Part shown: piece by piece, positions 17,342-17,998 of the stretch
Position numbering within the stretch: the first letter of the stretch is position 1
Layout of the letters: the number at the start of each line of letters is the position of its first letter
Source of the DNA: Nitrososphaeraceae archaeon
Lineage (GTDB): Archaea; Thermoproteota; Nitrososphaeria; Nitrososphaerales; Nitrososphaeraceae
Direction: 5' to 3'
NCBI GenBank assembly: GCA_044870765.1
Contig: JBIOZG010000018.1
Location: forward strand, 1 to 17,998
DNA: 17,998 nt
The notes under the pieces: generated by a model
The model's input: only the letters and a program-made list of their open reading frames with translations
Database searches by the model: none
Told to the model about the DNA's origin: nothing
Program-made: the position numbers and the translations under genes

Positions 17342-17998
17342 TTAGTTTACCACTACCTGACCCTTCATATACGGATGAAGAGTACAAAAGTAGTCAAATG
17401 TTCCTGGGGTACTAAACGTCCACTGAAAAGTCTTTCCTCCTGCCAAGTAACTTGAGTCAAAGTCTGCACCTGGTTCGCCACCCTCAGCACTTCCTGAAGT
17501 TACGGTATGTAGTGTAGAGTCCGTATTCTTCCAAGTTACTGTTGTGCCTGCTTTCACCGTCAAGGTTGGAGGTTCATAGAATTTTGTATTACTTGGAGAA
17601 GAGGATCCTGGAGAAATAACTATTTCACTGCCTGATGCTCCGGTTTGGTTTCCAGTCATGTTGCCGGTCATATTGCCAGCCATCATTGTTCCGTTACCAG
17701 TTGCGTTACCGCTACTGGGGCTGGTATTGAGCATTATGGCGTTCTGAGTTACTTCTGTTTGGCCATCTCCGTCATTGCCATTGTTGTTGTCATTGCCGTT
17801 GTTGTTGTCGTTTGCACCGTCTTCTGATGCAGATGCTTGTTCAGATGCTCCGCCTGCTGCTGCTTCTGCTGCTGCTCCTTCTTCACAGACTACAGATTCA
17901 CTGCCTGCTGGTGCTACACATGTTCCTGTTGGATGATCAGTTGCTGTCGAGTTTTCCATTGCTACTACTGCAAATGCACCACCTTTTACGACATCTGC
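17342..17998 (-). CDS. Cupredoxin (plastocyanin/azurin-like) domain surface protein, 5'-truncated by the window edge
   Basis: Type-1 Cu ligands H(TVT)...C-TL-H-PY-M. The frame stays open upstream of ATG 17959 to the edge (ADVVKGGAFAVVA). Low-complexity linker. Confidence 0.92.
   Translation of the reverse strand, partial: ADVVKGGAFAVVAMENSTATDHPTGTCVAPAGSESVVCEEGAAAEAAAGGASEQASASEDGANDNNNGNDNNNGNDGDGQTEVTQNAIMLNTSPSSGNATGNGTMMAGNMTGNMTGNQTGASGSEIVISPGSSSPSNTKFYEPPTLTVKAGTTVTWKNTDSTLHTVTSGSAEGGEPGADFDSSYLAGGKTFQWTFSTPGTFDYFCTLHPYMKGQVVVN

Noticed and set aside
3062-17827. Other antisense or nested ORFs in the track (e.g. 3062-3319, 4524-4757, 6206-6616, 9854-10189, 14283-14519, 14810-15049, 15991-16263, 17645-17827)
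   Set aside because: Shadows of well-supported genes with no independent motifs.

Overview
Genomic window from an ammonia-oxidizing archaeon (Nitrososphaerota; the AmoA N-terminus MVWLRRTTHY, the low GC and the 16S sequence suggest a soil-type Nitrososphaerales organism, possibly Nitrosocosmicus-like). On the minus strand is the 16S-23S rRNA operon (23S cut by the window edge, no spacer tRNA). It is followed by a DHH/DHHA1 phosphoesterase, a 2-oxoacid:ferredoxin oxidoreductase alpha/beta pair and the ammonia monooxygenase cluster (amoA and amoX divergent from amoB, no amoC). Further along are TFB, a CoA-binding protein, a DnaJ-ferredoxin fusion, small Cys-rich proteins, secreted proteins, a divergent CLC-CBS protein and a truncated cupredoxin-domain surface protein. 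Main signals the ORF track misses: (1) a 49-aa, 9-Cys metallothionein-like ORF just downstream of amoA; (2) an amoB signal peptide with no in-frame ATG/GTG/TTG, apparently starting at an SD-led ACG; (3) a ~150-nt structured ncRNA candidate with its own TATA box and U-tract between the DHH and oxidoreductase genes; (4) two further TATA-supported micro-ORFs. All calls are by eye; no searches were run.
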